Origin: a virus
Length of the DNA stretch: 64,000 bases
Reading direction: 5' to 3' (one strand)
Virus record (IMG/VR): IMGVR_UViG_3300032288_004702
Location: 64,001 to 128,000 of that record
In this document: positions 54,927 through 63,455 of the stretch, in pieces
How positions within the stretch are numbered: the stretch's first letter is position 1
How the letters are laid out: the number at the start of each line of letters is the position of its first letter
Translations under genes and position numbers: made by a program
The notes under the pieces: generated by a model
What the model saw: only the letters and a program-made list of their open reading frames with translations
Told to the model about the DNA's origin: nothing
The model's database searches: none

Positions 54927-55145
54927 CGAGACCCCCGACTTATCTACTCCCCATGCGCCGACCGTGGTGGAGTAGATAAGTCACCCACGGGGCGAGTTCG
55001 GGGCGGGAGCCCCGGCTGGACAGCCGAGCGCAGCGGGGCTTCTTCCCGGAACTCGGCCAGAGCACACGGGGGGGTCGTAGATAAGTTGGGAAGTCTGTCC
55101 CGACCGTGGTACACTTCATGCAAGCCAACTGAAAGGGGCAACGAC

Positions 55146-55487
55146 ATGAGCAAGACGCTCGCCGATTACTGGGACGATGTGGAGGACGCGGTGCAGGACG
55201 CACACCTCATCGCGTGGGACACCTGCCACAAGATTTACCTCGCGATGGACGAGGCCGAGGCCAACTGGTTCCGCGAGAACTACGCGCCCGATGTGGTGAC
55301 GGGAACGCCCGAGGAACTGCTCGCCACTCTCCGCGAGTGGTACGAGAACTCCTGTGGTCTCCGCTTCATTCAGGCCGTGACGCGTGACGAGGAAGACCCG
55401 AACAGGGGATTCACCAACCTGATTCCCCAGGGAGCCGACTGGGAGGACGAGGAAGACGAAGACGACTACGAGGACGAGGAGGAGTAG
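55146..55487 (+). CDS. Acidic hypothetical protein
   Basis: WDTCHKIY..SCGLRFI; acidic tail; stop lies inside GTAGATAA. Confidence 0.7.
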   Translation: MSKTLADYWDDVEDAVQDAHLIAWDTCHKIYLAMDEAEANWFRENYAPDVVTGTPEELLATLREWYENSCGLRFIQAVTRDEEDPNRGFTNLIPQGADWEDEEDEDDYEDEEE

Positions 55488-55494
55488 ATAACTC

Positions 55495-55833
55495 ATGGCG
55501 ACCGAAACAACACCCGATGAGTTCGCCCTCATGGACTCACGCAACGCGTTCGCGTGGAACCTGCTAACCGAACTGCGCGAGCGTTCCACGAAGCCCGAGG
55601 TCGTAGAGGCCTCTGAGATTCTGCTCGCGAACATCGCCGACCCGACCGATTACGCGGTCATCGTGTGGCCGAACGAGGACGACCTCCGTTCGTTTGACGA
55701 GACCGAATGGGGGACGGACGAGAACGGTTATTGGAGCGACTGCTACGAGACCCCTCTCGTGTGGTGCGACCGACAGGACGAGCACTCGCTCATCGTCTGG
55801 TACTCAGCGAAGTACGGCCAGACAGGGGAGTAG
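55495..55833 (+). CDS. Acidic hypothetical protein
   Basis: 112 aa; stop lies inside GTAGATAA. Confidence 0.6.
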   Translation: MATETTPDEFALMDSRNAFAWNLLTELRERSTKPEVVEASEILLANIADPTDYAVIVWPNEDDLRSFDETEWGTDENGYWSDCYETPLVWCDRQDEHSLIVWYSAKYGQTGE

Positions 55834-56035
55834 ATAAGCACCCCCCGCTTATCTACTCCCCTTTGGTATACCCCGAACCAGAGTAGATAAGTGGCAAGAA
55901 GCCCCGCCTCTTTACGGGCAATGGAGCGAAGCGGGGCTTACCCCCGTGTAGGTCATTGCACGACGGGGGAGTAGTAGATAAGATTTCGCAATCGGCACAA
56001 GCCGAGCTGCCACACAGACTCAAGGAGAGAAGAAC

Positions 56036-56398
56036 ATGGCAACACAAAAGAAGAAGCCCGCGACCAAGAAGGTCGTAGCAAAGAAGAAGCCAGCAGCCAA
56101 GAAGCCGGCGAAGAAAGCACCGGCAAAGAAGGCCGCCGCCAAGAAGGCCGCCGCCAAGAAGGCTGTCACGAAGAAGGCTCCCGCCAAGAAGACGCCGGCC
56201 AAGAAGGCTGTCGCGAAGAAAGCCACCGCCAAGAAGGCGGCTATCCCCAGCAGAAAGGCAAAGACCATCTCAAGCTCTGCCACCGCAACTTCCACGTCAT
56301 CCAGCGCTACACGTGTGAAGATTTCCCCAATCACGAAGACCAGCACCACGTCGTCCGTCCCTGGCGCGAAGGTCACTTACAAAGTCATCAAAAAGTGA
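56036..56398 (+). CDS. Histone H1-like Lys/Ala-rich DNA-binding protein
   Basis: PAKKA/AAKK repeats; RBS AAGGAG. Confidence 0.8.
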   Translation: MATQKKKPATKKVVAKKKPAAKKPAKKAPAKKAAAKKAAAKKAVTKKAPAKKTPAKKAVAKKATAKKAAIPSRKAKTISSSATATSTSSSATRVKISPITKTSTTSSVPGAKVTYKVIKK

Positions 56399-56649
56399 GC
56401 GAGCCCGAGACTGTCAAGGGTCCTTCATTCGAGGAATGGATGGCCTACGGAATCGGACAAGGGTGGTGCGGACCTCCCGTGTGCTACGTGCACGACGGGT
56501 TACCGACCGCCCCCGAAGAGGACGATGAATTTGATGAGGGCGGAGACCCGTGTATTCATGTCATTCGCATGTATGAAAGCGATGAGCAGAAGAAGTCAAT
56601 CGAGGATGCCCACTCGCCATCACAGTGGCGAAATCATTACACCAAGTAG
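56395..56649 (+). CDS. Conserved phage hypothetical protein
   Basis: GWCGPPVCYVHDGLP...GDPCIHVIR. Confidence 0.65.
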   Translation: MSEPETVKGPSFEEWMAYGIGQGWCGPPVCYVHDGLPTAPEEDDEFDEGGDPCIHVIRMYESDEQKKSIEDAHSPSQWRNHYTK

Positions 56650-56658
56650 ATAACTAGG

Positions 56659-56780
56659 GGCAGCAAGACCGTCGTGGACCGCGGCGGAGTCTTCGCGAAC
56701 TAGGAGCTTCGGAAACAGGGATGGCCCGGGTTTTAGGTTGCCCGGGTTGTCTCTGTTCATCCGGCTGCTTTTTCTTTCTT
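56659..56780 (+). ncRNA. Structured RNA or terminator candidate
   Basis: GCAGC...GCTGC closes two G-U-rich hairpins, followed by a T-rich tract. Confidence 0.4.
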
Positions 56781-56844
56781 CCCATATCGCTATTTTCTCA
56801 TATTTCCGAGAGCGCTATGGGTACGTAGTAGATAAGTCGAGTCG

Positions 56845-57045
56845 CTAAAAAAGTGGGATATCCGTGCTGACCGGCTTGTCGTTACAGAACTCGTGCTTGT
56901 ATTCGTGGAGTTCCTCGACGATGCGGTTGACGGTTTTCCCGTTCGCTTTCAGCCAAACGACCGTCTTTCGCTCGACGGTATTGTCTCCGGGGCGGAGCGA
57001 CAGCCCACACACGGTACACGTGAAGAGTGGCGGCAGGGAGCTCAT
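56845..57045 (-). CDS. Small Zn-finger-like protein
   Basis: CTVC...HEFC. Confidence 0.5.
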   Translation of the reverse strand: MSSLPPLFTCTVCGLSLRPGDNTVERKTVVWLKANGKTVNRIVEELHEYKHEFCNDKPVSTDIPLF

Positions 57046-57122
57046 TTAATCCTCAAATCTCTTTGACTGCTTGATGAGTAGATAAAACAACGATAGGGCC
57101 ACAACGCCAAGTACGGTGCCGC

Positions 57123-57299
57123 TCATTTGCGCCAGTCCGTTACGAACCCGTCCATGTAGTCCTCCATCGCTTCGTCGGTTCCACAAGAGGAGCAGATTTC
57201 TGTCTTGTTATCCAGCCGCGACAGGGCCCCAATGTAGGCCCCAGGGGTGTCGTTATTGGGAATAAATCCCCCACATCGGGGGCATACCGGCTTGCTCAT
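57123..57299 (-). CDS. Small Cys-rich phage protein
   Basis: CPRC..GALSRLDNKTEICSSCGTDEA; RBS GGAGAG. Confidence 0.6.
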   Translation of the reverse strand: MSKPVCPRCGGFIPNNDTPGAYIGALSRLDNKTEICSSCGTDEAMEDYMDGFVTDWRK

Positions 57300-57410
57300 T
57301 TTCTCTCCAAAATGTCTAGTAGTTGGTACTCCCGACACGATAGCCCATGACGGGGAAATTTGCAACAGTTTGTTTTGCCGGCCCTATGTGTGGTTAGTAT
57401 GTGCCTAGGA

Positions 57411-57469
57411 CCGGTGGGGCTCGCGCAACCTCTCTCCTTTCGGTACATCCCCAGTGCGAGCCTCGCCGG
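57411..57469 (+). ncRNA. Hairpin with an anti-Shine-Dalgarno-like loop
   Basis: 16-bp stem with three G-U pairs on the + strand; loop AACCTCTCTCCTTTCGGTACATCCCCA. Confidence 0.45.
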
Positions 57470-57489
57470 TTTCTACTATTCTGTAGACG

Positions 57490-59406
57490 ATGAGGTTGTA
57501 CCTAGACAAGAACGAGATAGTGCTGGACTTCCCGTATGACCAGCAACAAGTTGCCGAACTCAAACAAATAAGGGGCGCACGATGGGACAAGAGCTCAAAG
57601 CTATGGCGTGTACCAGTAACGTCCCTCGCCGAGGCGCGAGAGTTCGCCATCAAGCATGACTTCGACGTGACAATAGACGTGCTGACGTTCAGTGCGCCTC
57701 GCCCTCGAACCGGAACAGCAAGCGTATCCCTAGACGATGGGATGATTGCCATCCGTGTCCCGTACGAAAGAGTAATCGTCAAAGCGGTGAAGCAGATACC
57801 GGCCGTATCGTGGAACGCGAAGAAGCACTACTGGCAAGCGCCAACATCTTCCGTACTAAATGCAATCGAGTGGGCAGAGAAGTTCGACGTCCCCGTGGAG
57901 CCCGATGTGGCGGCTTTATCCGACGAAGTGACCACGCGAATGAACGAGTTCATCGAGGCGTCTCGCTCGGTAGACGCAGAAGTAGACATCCCTACATTGC
58001 AGGGAGAGTTGCTTCCATACCAGCGCGCAGGGGTTATCTACGCATCAAACGCTCGCAGGACATTCATCGCGGATGACATGGGTCTAGGAAAGACGCTCCA
58101 ATCTATCGCAACGCTCGAGTACGTTATGGATTCGTATCCGGCGGTAGTTGTATGTCCGCCAAGCCTTGTTCTCAACTGGGTGTCTGAATGGAACCGGTGG
58201 CTACCGAACCGACGCGTCGTCCCCGTTACGAATAGAAAAGACTTTCCGGAGCGCGGTTCTTACGATGTTGTCGTCGTTGGATACAGCAACATTTCGCATT
58301 GGGAAAAGCGCCTCGCCGGCCATCGCGCATACGTGTTCGACGAGAGCCACTACGCAAAGACTCCAACGGCGCAGCGCACAAAGGCGGCTGTGAAGATGGC
58401 AAAGTCGGCGCACAAAGACGGACTAGTACTGTGTCTCACTGGGACACCAGTTACAAACCGCCCGAACGAGTACGCGTCTCAATTGGAGATTCTCGGTCGC
58501 CTGAAAGACTTTGGCGGGCTGTGGGGTTTCTACCGGCGCTACTGTGCTGCCTATCAAGACAACTTCGGGCAGTGGAACATCAGCGGCCACTCGCACCTAG
58601 ACGAACTCAATGAGCGTTTACGTGGAACGTGCTACATCAGACGCACCAAAGACCAAGTTCTCTCTGAACTGCCACCAGTGATTCACAGCAAGCTTCTTGT
58701 CGAGGGTGCATCGTCAGTGATGAAAGAATACGCAAAGGCGGAAAAGGACATCTTGTTGTACATTGCCGAGCGTGCGCGGCAGTTGGCGCTCGAGCAGGGT
58801 AAGCCATCGTATGGTGCAGCCATCGCCGCGATGATTAGGGCAGAGGCTAACGAACACCTTGTTCGCTTGTCCGTACTCAGGAAGATTGCCGCCAAAGCAA
58901 AGATGGACGTAGCAGAGGAGTGGATAAATGCTCGAATCGAGAACGGCAAGAAAGTTGTTGTCGCTGCTCACCATCGTGACATCGTTGATGAACTCGCTCG
59001 CAAATACGGCAATCTTCGCATTCAGGGTGGGATGGCGGTCGAGGAAGTGGAGGAGAACAAGCGCCTCTTCCAAACTAAGAGCGTTGAGGATGCGCCTGTT
59101 ATGGTGCTCTCAATACAGGCGGCGAAGACGGGACACACTCTGACTGCATCAGAGGAATGTCTTTTCCTAGAACTCCCGTGGACACCCGCCGACGTAGACC
59201 AAACATACAGTCGGCTTCATAGGCTTGGACAAAAGGGAAGCGTGACGGCGACATACATGCTTACATCGGGGACGATAGACGAAGAAATCTATGACATCAT
59301 CGAGAAGAAGCGTTCGGTTGTCGGTGCGGCAGTCGATGGAGGGGAAGTAGATAACTCCGACCTATCTACGCAGATGATTCTGAGCCTGCTCGACAAACTC
59401 AGTTAG
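57490..59406 (+). CDS. SNF2-family helicase with two HARP-like N-terminal domains
   Basis: DDMGLGKT, DESH, LTGTP, QTYSRLHRLGQ; repeated 'KQI.GA.W....K.W..P' modules. Confidence 0.9.
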   Translation: MRLYLDKNEIVLDFPYDQQQVAELKQIRGARWDKSSKLWRVPVTSLAEAREFAIKHDFDVTIDVLTFSAPRPRTGTASVSLDDGMIAIRVPYERVIVKAVKQIPAVSWNAKKHYWQAPTSSVLNAIEWAEKFDVPVEPDVAALSDEVTTRMNEFIEASRSVDAEVDIPTLQGELLPYQRAGVIYASNARRTFIADDMGLGKTLQSIATLEYVMDSYPAVVVCPPSLVLNWVSEWNRWLPNRRVVPVTNRKDFPERGSYDVVVVGYSNISHWEKRLAGHRAYVFDESHYAKTPTAQRTKAAVKMAKSAHKDGLVLCLTGTPVTNRPNEYASQLEILGRLKDFGGLWGFYRRYCAAYQDNFGQWNISGHSHLDELNERLRGTCYIRRTKDQVLSELPPVIHSKLLVEGASSVMKEYAKAEKDILLYIAERARQLALEQGKPSYGAAIAAMIRAEANEHLVRLSVLRKIAAKAKMDVAEEWINARIENGKKVVVAAHHRDIVDELARKYGNLRIQGGMAVEEVEENKRLFQTKSVEDAPVMVLSIQAAKTGHTLTASEECLFLELPWTPADVDQTYSRLHRLGQKGSVTATYMLTSGTIDEEIYDIIEKKRSVVGAAVDGGEVDNSDLSTQMILSLLDKLS

Positions 59407-59855
59407 TCGCTCTTTGCTTCTTCGCCTTCGGTGTCGATGCCGGAAATAATTTCCTGAGCAATCAACTTTGCATACTTGCGACGAAGTCTCCAAATCTTTC
59501 GATTCATCTCTACAAGCTCTTTGCTCATTCGCGCTTTGATAATCGCGTCGTCATCGAACACGCCATGAATGTTAAACAATGCGTCGTGTAGTTCAGTGTC
59601 CTCTATGAGAATGTCAGAAATCCAGCCAGCACGGTTGTCGATGGCCATCATCAACTCGCACATTCCCTCCACACCGAATTCGTCATAGAGACGGTTTACA
59701 ACAATGGTGCAAAAGTGTGACCGGTACAAGCGCTTAGCCTTCTGTGATTGCGACATGAACTCAGAGAGCCACACCGCGAGTTCGCCACTAGAAAAGTCAC
59801 TAACATCATCTGAGGCGGAGTCAATAAAGTCGTCATCATCGCCGTCTTCTCTCAT
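59403..59855 (-). CDS. Hypothetical protein
   Basis: 150 aa with RBS GGGAGG. Confidence 0.6.
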   Translation of the reverse strand: MREDGDDDDFIDSASDDVSDFSSGELAVWLSEFMSQSQKAKRLYRSHFCTIVVNRLYDEFGVEGMCELMMAIDNRAGWISDILIEDTELHDALFNIHGVFDDDAIIKARMSKELVEMNRKIWRLRRKYAKLIAQEIISGIDTEGEEAKSD

Positions 59856-59905
59856 GACGCCTCCCCGTAACTAGAACTGTACACAAATGATAACAGCGTC
59901 AATCG

Positions 59906-60931
59906 TTACACCGCTGACAAGAGATAATCCTGGGCTTTCATTTTCGCCCGAGTCACCCATGAGTTTGCACTCATTGACGCCAGTGCTCGCTCTGTCTGCG
60001 TTGCATCACGATAATGGTCGAGGTATTCACCCACAGCGTTTACGAGTGACCAAGCGTTGTAGCCATAGTTCTTTGCGTTGTTGTCATTTACGTAAATCGC
60101 ACGAACTAAGCCCATGACATCATCTCGGTTTTTTTTCTGTCTCTCCGTTGCATCTTTCGATGTTGGGAACACAGCGTCAAGTGTCTTGTCGAGAATCTGC
60201 GATGATGCTGGAACGTTTATTGACAGCAATCGCTCTGCCGTTGCTGAGAACTCTCTCGCCCACTCTGTCGAGATGTTGAGTACTTGATTCGCTTGCTCGA
60301 TTGCTCTGTCGGCATTTCGGGTGTGTCGTGCAGTGAATACTCGCTTCGCTGATGAAACGCCAGCAATCACTGTGTTTTTGCACACCGCACGAATGCTGGT
60401 ATTCGCAAATGTAATCGCCGTCTTCCCGTCATGTCCGTTATGCACGAGTAGATAACGCTCGATGGAGTCATTCACTCCGTTCGGGTCGATGATGAGTGCG
60501 CCCATGTCAATAGACGCAAAGAACTCACGCCCACCGTGCAGAACTCCACAAGTATCCACGACTGCGTCTCCGCCGGAAGCTCCAACAATGTCGAGTGCGT
60601 AGTCAAGACATTCACGATTTTGTTGCACCACGTAGCGCGTGCCGACAGTGGCGAGACCATCGAATGAACCATCTGCGTTCACCCGTACTGTCGCCCGTGA
60701 GTCGGGGACAAGAATCGGAGTTCCATCAGGCTGTCGTATCGGCTCGCCGTTATCGTCACATACCGCAACACGCGTTGTCACCACGTCGAAATCAGCCTGC
60801 GCCGCTTGGAGCATTGCCTCCGCCGTTTGTAGCCCTTTCATTGGTTTTCCGAGTCTGTGCCACGGAATCTCTCGGTCTGCGTACGCCATGCGCACTGTGC
60901 CGTCGTCGTTGATTTCTAGTTGATGAGCCAT
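59906..60931 (-). CDS. DUF932-family protein
   Basis: PWHRLG, RYVVQQN, NGHDG, IRAVCKNT, RHT, NAVGEYLDH. Confidence 0.85.
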   Translation of the reverse strand: MAHQLEINDDGTVRMAYADREIPWHRLGKPMKGLQTAEAMLQAAQADFDVVTTRVAVCDDNGEPIRQPDGTPILVPDSRATVRVNADGSFDGLATVGTRYVVQQNRECLDYALDIVGASGGDAVVDTCGVLHGGREFFASIDMGALIIDPNGVNDSIERYLLVHNGHDGKTAITFANTSIRAVCKNTVIAGVSSAKRVFTARHTRNADRAIEQANQVLNISTEWAREFSATAERLLSINVPASSQILDKTLDAVFPTSKDATERQKKNRDDVMGLVRAIYVNDNNAKNYGYNAWSLVNAVGEYLDHYRDATQTERALASMSANSWVTRAKMKAQDYLLSAV

Positions 60932-61143
60932 GATGTCTCCGTCTCTCTATCGTGTAGATAAATCTATCTGAAAGGTGCGCCTCGTAGGGGAAGGGAAATA
61001 ATGCGGGGCTCCCGCAGGGAGGGGACACCCCCACCCCACGCAACGGGGATGTAGTAGATAAGTCTCATCTTTCGGAAGCCTGACCCACCCGTGGTACGCT
61101 GGCGGTGTCGGGGGGGACGGTCTCCCCCGACGAAAGGGGAGCC

Positions 61144-61701
61144 ATGCTCAGGATTGAGACGGAGTGCGAGTTGAGGGACGGGCGCGTCCTGTACGAGGGC
61201 GAGGTCGTCCTCACGGTGGACAGCGTGGACGGCGACTCCGTCACGGGCTGGTTCCGCCCCGACTGGTGGGACCGCAACACCGCCCGTGCGCTGGTGCTGG
61301 ACACCCCGTGCAAGTACGAGGGCAAGCCCGTGCCGTGCGACGAGAACGGCGAGTGGACGAACACGCTCGCCTGCGAGTGCGCCACCTGCCTCGTGGACGA
61401 GTTCCCGTACGACGACTGGGGCTGGCACGGTGCTGGCGCAGAGGTCACCCTGACCCTCCCCAAGACGGAGGCGAAGAAGGGCGACCGCATCGTCGTCGGA
61501 GTCCTGCTCACCCGAGAGAGGCTCACGGGTGGGTACGACCGCCACGGCATCACCAGCGGACTCTCGTCCACGACCTACTGCGGAAGCGTCTCGTGGGACG
61601 AGTGGCAGGCGTTGGAGGCGTGCGAGACGACCCGAGGCTGGCTGGCGTACGACGCACAGATTCGGGAGGACGAGAACCCGACCGAACACAGGGACTGGTG
61701 A
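61144..61701 (+). CDS. Hypothetical protein
   Basis: Follows the conserved promoter and CGAAAGGGG. Confidence 0.65.
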   Translation: MLRIETECELRDGRVLYEGEVVLTVDSVDGDSVTGWFRPDWWDRNTARALVLDTPCKYEGKPVPCDENGEWTNTLACECATCLVDEFPYDDWGWHGAGAEVTLTLPKTEAKKGDRIVVGVLLTRERLTGGYDRHGITSGLSSTTYCGSVSWDEWQALEACETTRGWLAYDAQIREDENPTEHRDW

Positions 61702-61989
61702 CGGGGAGAGTAGATAACCCCGAACGGAGGGACCGCACACCCACCCCACAGGCGCACACCCACACCCACGCCACACGCCCGAACACCCACGGCAACCCAC
61801 GCCACACAGGCAGAGGGCAAACCGTGCGAAGCACGGTGCGCCAGCCCAACGAGCGAAGCGAGGCGGGAGAAAGCGAGGAAACGAGCGGGGCTCCACCGGA
61901 GCAAGGGCGCACTGGCGCATGGCACACGGGGTGGTAGTAGATAAGTCGGCAGGTTGGGAAGGCTGTCCCCACGGTGGTACAGTTCAGGC

Positions 61990-63195
61990 ATGAACGAAAT
62001 CTCGTCCGCCTCACTTGCCTTTGACCTCCACACACAGTTGGTGGAGTACCGCGCCAGTCACCCGACGGCCGACCGACTCCTACACCACGGCTACTACCGC
62101 GCCTTTGTCGGCGGAGAAACCACCGACACCGTGTCACGCGCAACGCTGGAAGTGGCGATGAAGGAAAGCCACACTTACCACGAGGTCGCGCGAACGCTTG
62201 ACGACGCGATTCTCACCCGTGCTGACACCGTGTTCCTCACCGACGACCTGCGCGAGTTGGTCAAGACGGCAGAGGCCACAATGCCCGACGAGGTTCTGTT
62301 TGACACGGACATTTACACCCCGTGCGGATTCATCGTGATGGAAACGCCACTGCGATACGATGTTCTGTCGCGCACGAAGGCAAGCGAGTTTGAGAGCCTG
62401 CTCGCTCTCGTTCACAAGCACGGCGGAACCGTGACAGGGACGCGCACACATGAAACGCCCGACCAGTTCGGTGATTACATCGGCGCGGAACACTGGGAGG
62501 TTCGCGCGTTCGCTTGGGCTGATGTAGATAAGGTCAAGCCCGAAGCACTGGCCGACATTGAGAAGCGATTCGGCACGAAGTCTCCCGAGTACGCGTTCGC
62601 ACGGAGCGTGATGCTCGCCCCCAACGGGGACAAGGGACTGTATGTCCGCGTGTTCGGCTCCATGACGGCCACAAGTGTGGACGGAGTGACCATTGAGGTT
62701 CCTGCCATCTCGCGCGAGTTGCGACTGATGGACATCTACGCATTCTTCTACGGGGAGGACGGACTGCGCGAGGAGACGGCACTGTACGAGCCGACAGGAC
62801 GCGTGACGGACGAGATGCTCAAAGCGTCGTGGGAACGCTCACGCTCCATTCGTCGTTTCCTCGTCGCTCTGTTCCGCTTGATGGAGGAGTATGTGGAAGT
62901 AGATAAGTCTCCTCTCCATCGCGCACACGGCCGTCGTGCCTCCCGTGTTGGTCGCGGTGGCGACTTGCGGAATGTCACGATTCTCTCACTGCGTCGCGCG
63001 CTTGGCGATGACGAAGATGGAGGCGGTGTCGGCCACAAGGTCACGCTCGCCCATCTCGTCCGTGGCCACTGGCGCAACCAGTGGTATCCATCGCAAAGGC
63101 AACACCGCGCGAAGTGGATACGCGCACACCGTCGCGGTGGGAACGCTGGCGATGTGGTGACCGCCCGTCCGCGAATCATCAAGGTAGACCGATAG
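61990..63195 (+). CDS. Hypothetical protein with a C-terminal VRGHWR motif (leaderless)
   Basis: HLVRGHWRNQWYPS...WIRAHRRG; ATG lies 6 nt after the -10 box. Confidence 0.7.
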   Translation: MNEISSASLAFDLHTQLVEYRASHPTADRLLHHGYYRAFVGGETTDTVSRATLEVAMKESHTYHEVARTLDDAILTRADTVFLTDDLRELVKTAEATMPDEVLFDTDIYTPCGFIVMETPLRYDVLSRTKASEFESLLALVHKHGGTVTGTRTHETPDQFGDYIGAEHWEVRAFAWADVDKVKPEALADIEKRFGTKSPEYAFARSVMLAPNGDKGLYVRVFGSMTATSVDGVTIEVPAISRELRLMDIYAFFYGEDGLREETALYEPTGRVTDEMLKASWERSRSIRRFLVALFRLMEEYVEVDKSPLHRAHGRRASRVGRGGDLRNVTILSLRRALGDDEDGGGVGHKVTLAHLVRGHWRNQWYPSQRQHRAKWIRAHRRGGNAGDVVTARPRIIKVDR

Positions 63196-63263
63196 AGCAC
63201 GCGACACCTTATCTACTCTCACCCGTGGCCAGTGAGTGAGAGTAGATAAGTGTCAGAGCGTCG

Positions 63264-63455
63264 CTAGGCGCGCTTGGCGACGATGGAGTATTCCACCGTG
63301 TCCTCTCCGATGTTCGGAGCAGGGAAGTAGAGCGCGAGGCCGAGGTACTTCTCTGCGTCGCGCTTGGTAGCGAACACCTCGTTGAGAACGGTTCGGCTGA
63401 TACGGCCGTCCGTGAGACGCGCGGTGCGCTTGATGATGAATGTTTGTGATGCCAC
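63264..63455 (-). CDS. Small hypothetical protein
   Basis: GTG follows CGAAAGGGG and the conserved promoter. Confidence 0.55.
   Translation of the reverse strand: MASQTFIIKRTARLTDGRISRTVLNEVFATKRDAEKYLGLALYFPAPNIGEDTVEYSIVAKRA

Larger units (their letters stand above)
38521..55983. repeat. About 15 nested-palindrome intergenic elements (outer arm TTATCTACYAnnCCCCG, inner arms AGCCCCG...CGGGGCT)
   Basis: Start at 38521, 41853, 43531, 44561, 45371, 46297, 47186, 48221, 49396, 51019, 52180, 53091, 53925, 54970, 55881. Confidence 0.9.

Noticed and set aside
38521-55983. Canonical integron attC sites or MITEs
   Set aside because: No consistent RYYYAAC/GTTRRRY boxes, no integrase, no target-site duplications, and the segments between arms neither pair nor align. 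Kept only as an analogy.
38371-56000. CRISPR array interpretation of the repeats
   Set aside because: Repeats are not identical direct repeats with constant-length spacers; the intervening DNA is whole genes, and no cas genes are visible.
31271-56652. Amber (TAG) stop-codon reassignment
   Set aside because: Long genes translate intact in the standard code, TAG ends coincide with gene boundaries, and no suppressor tRNA is seen.
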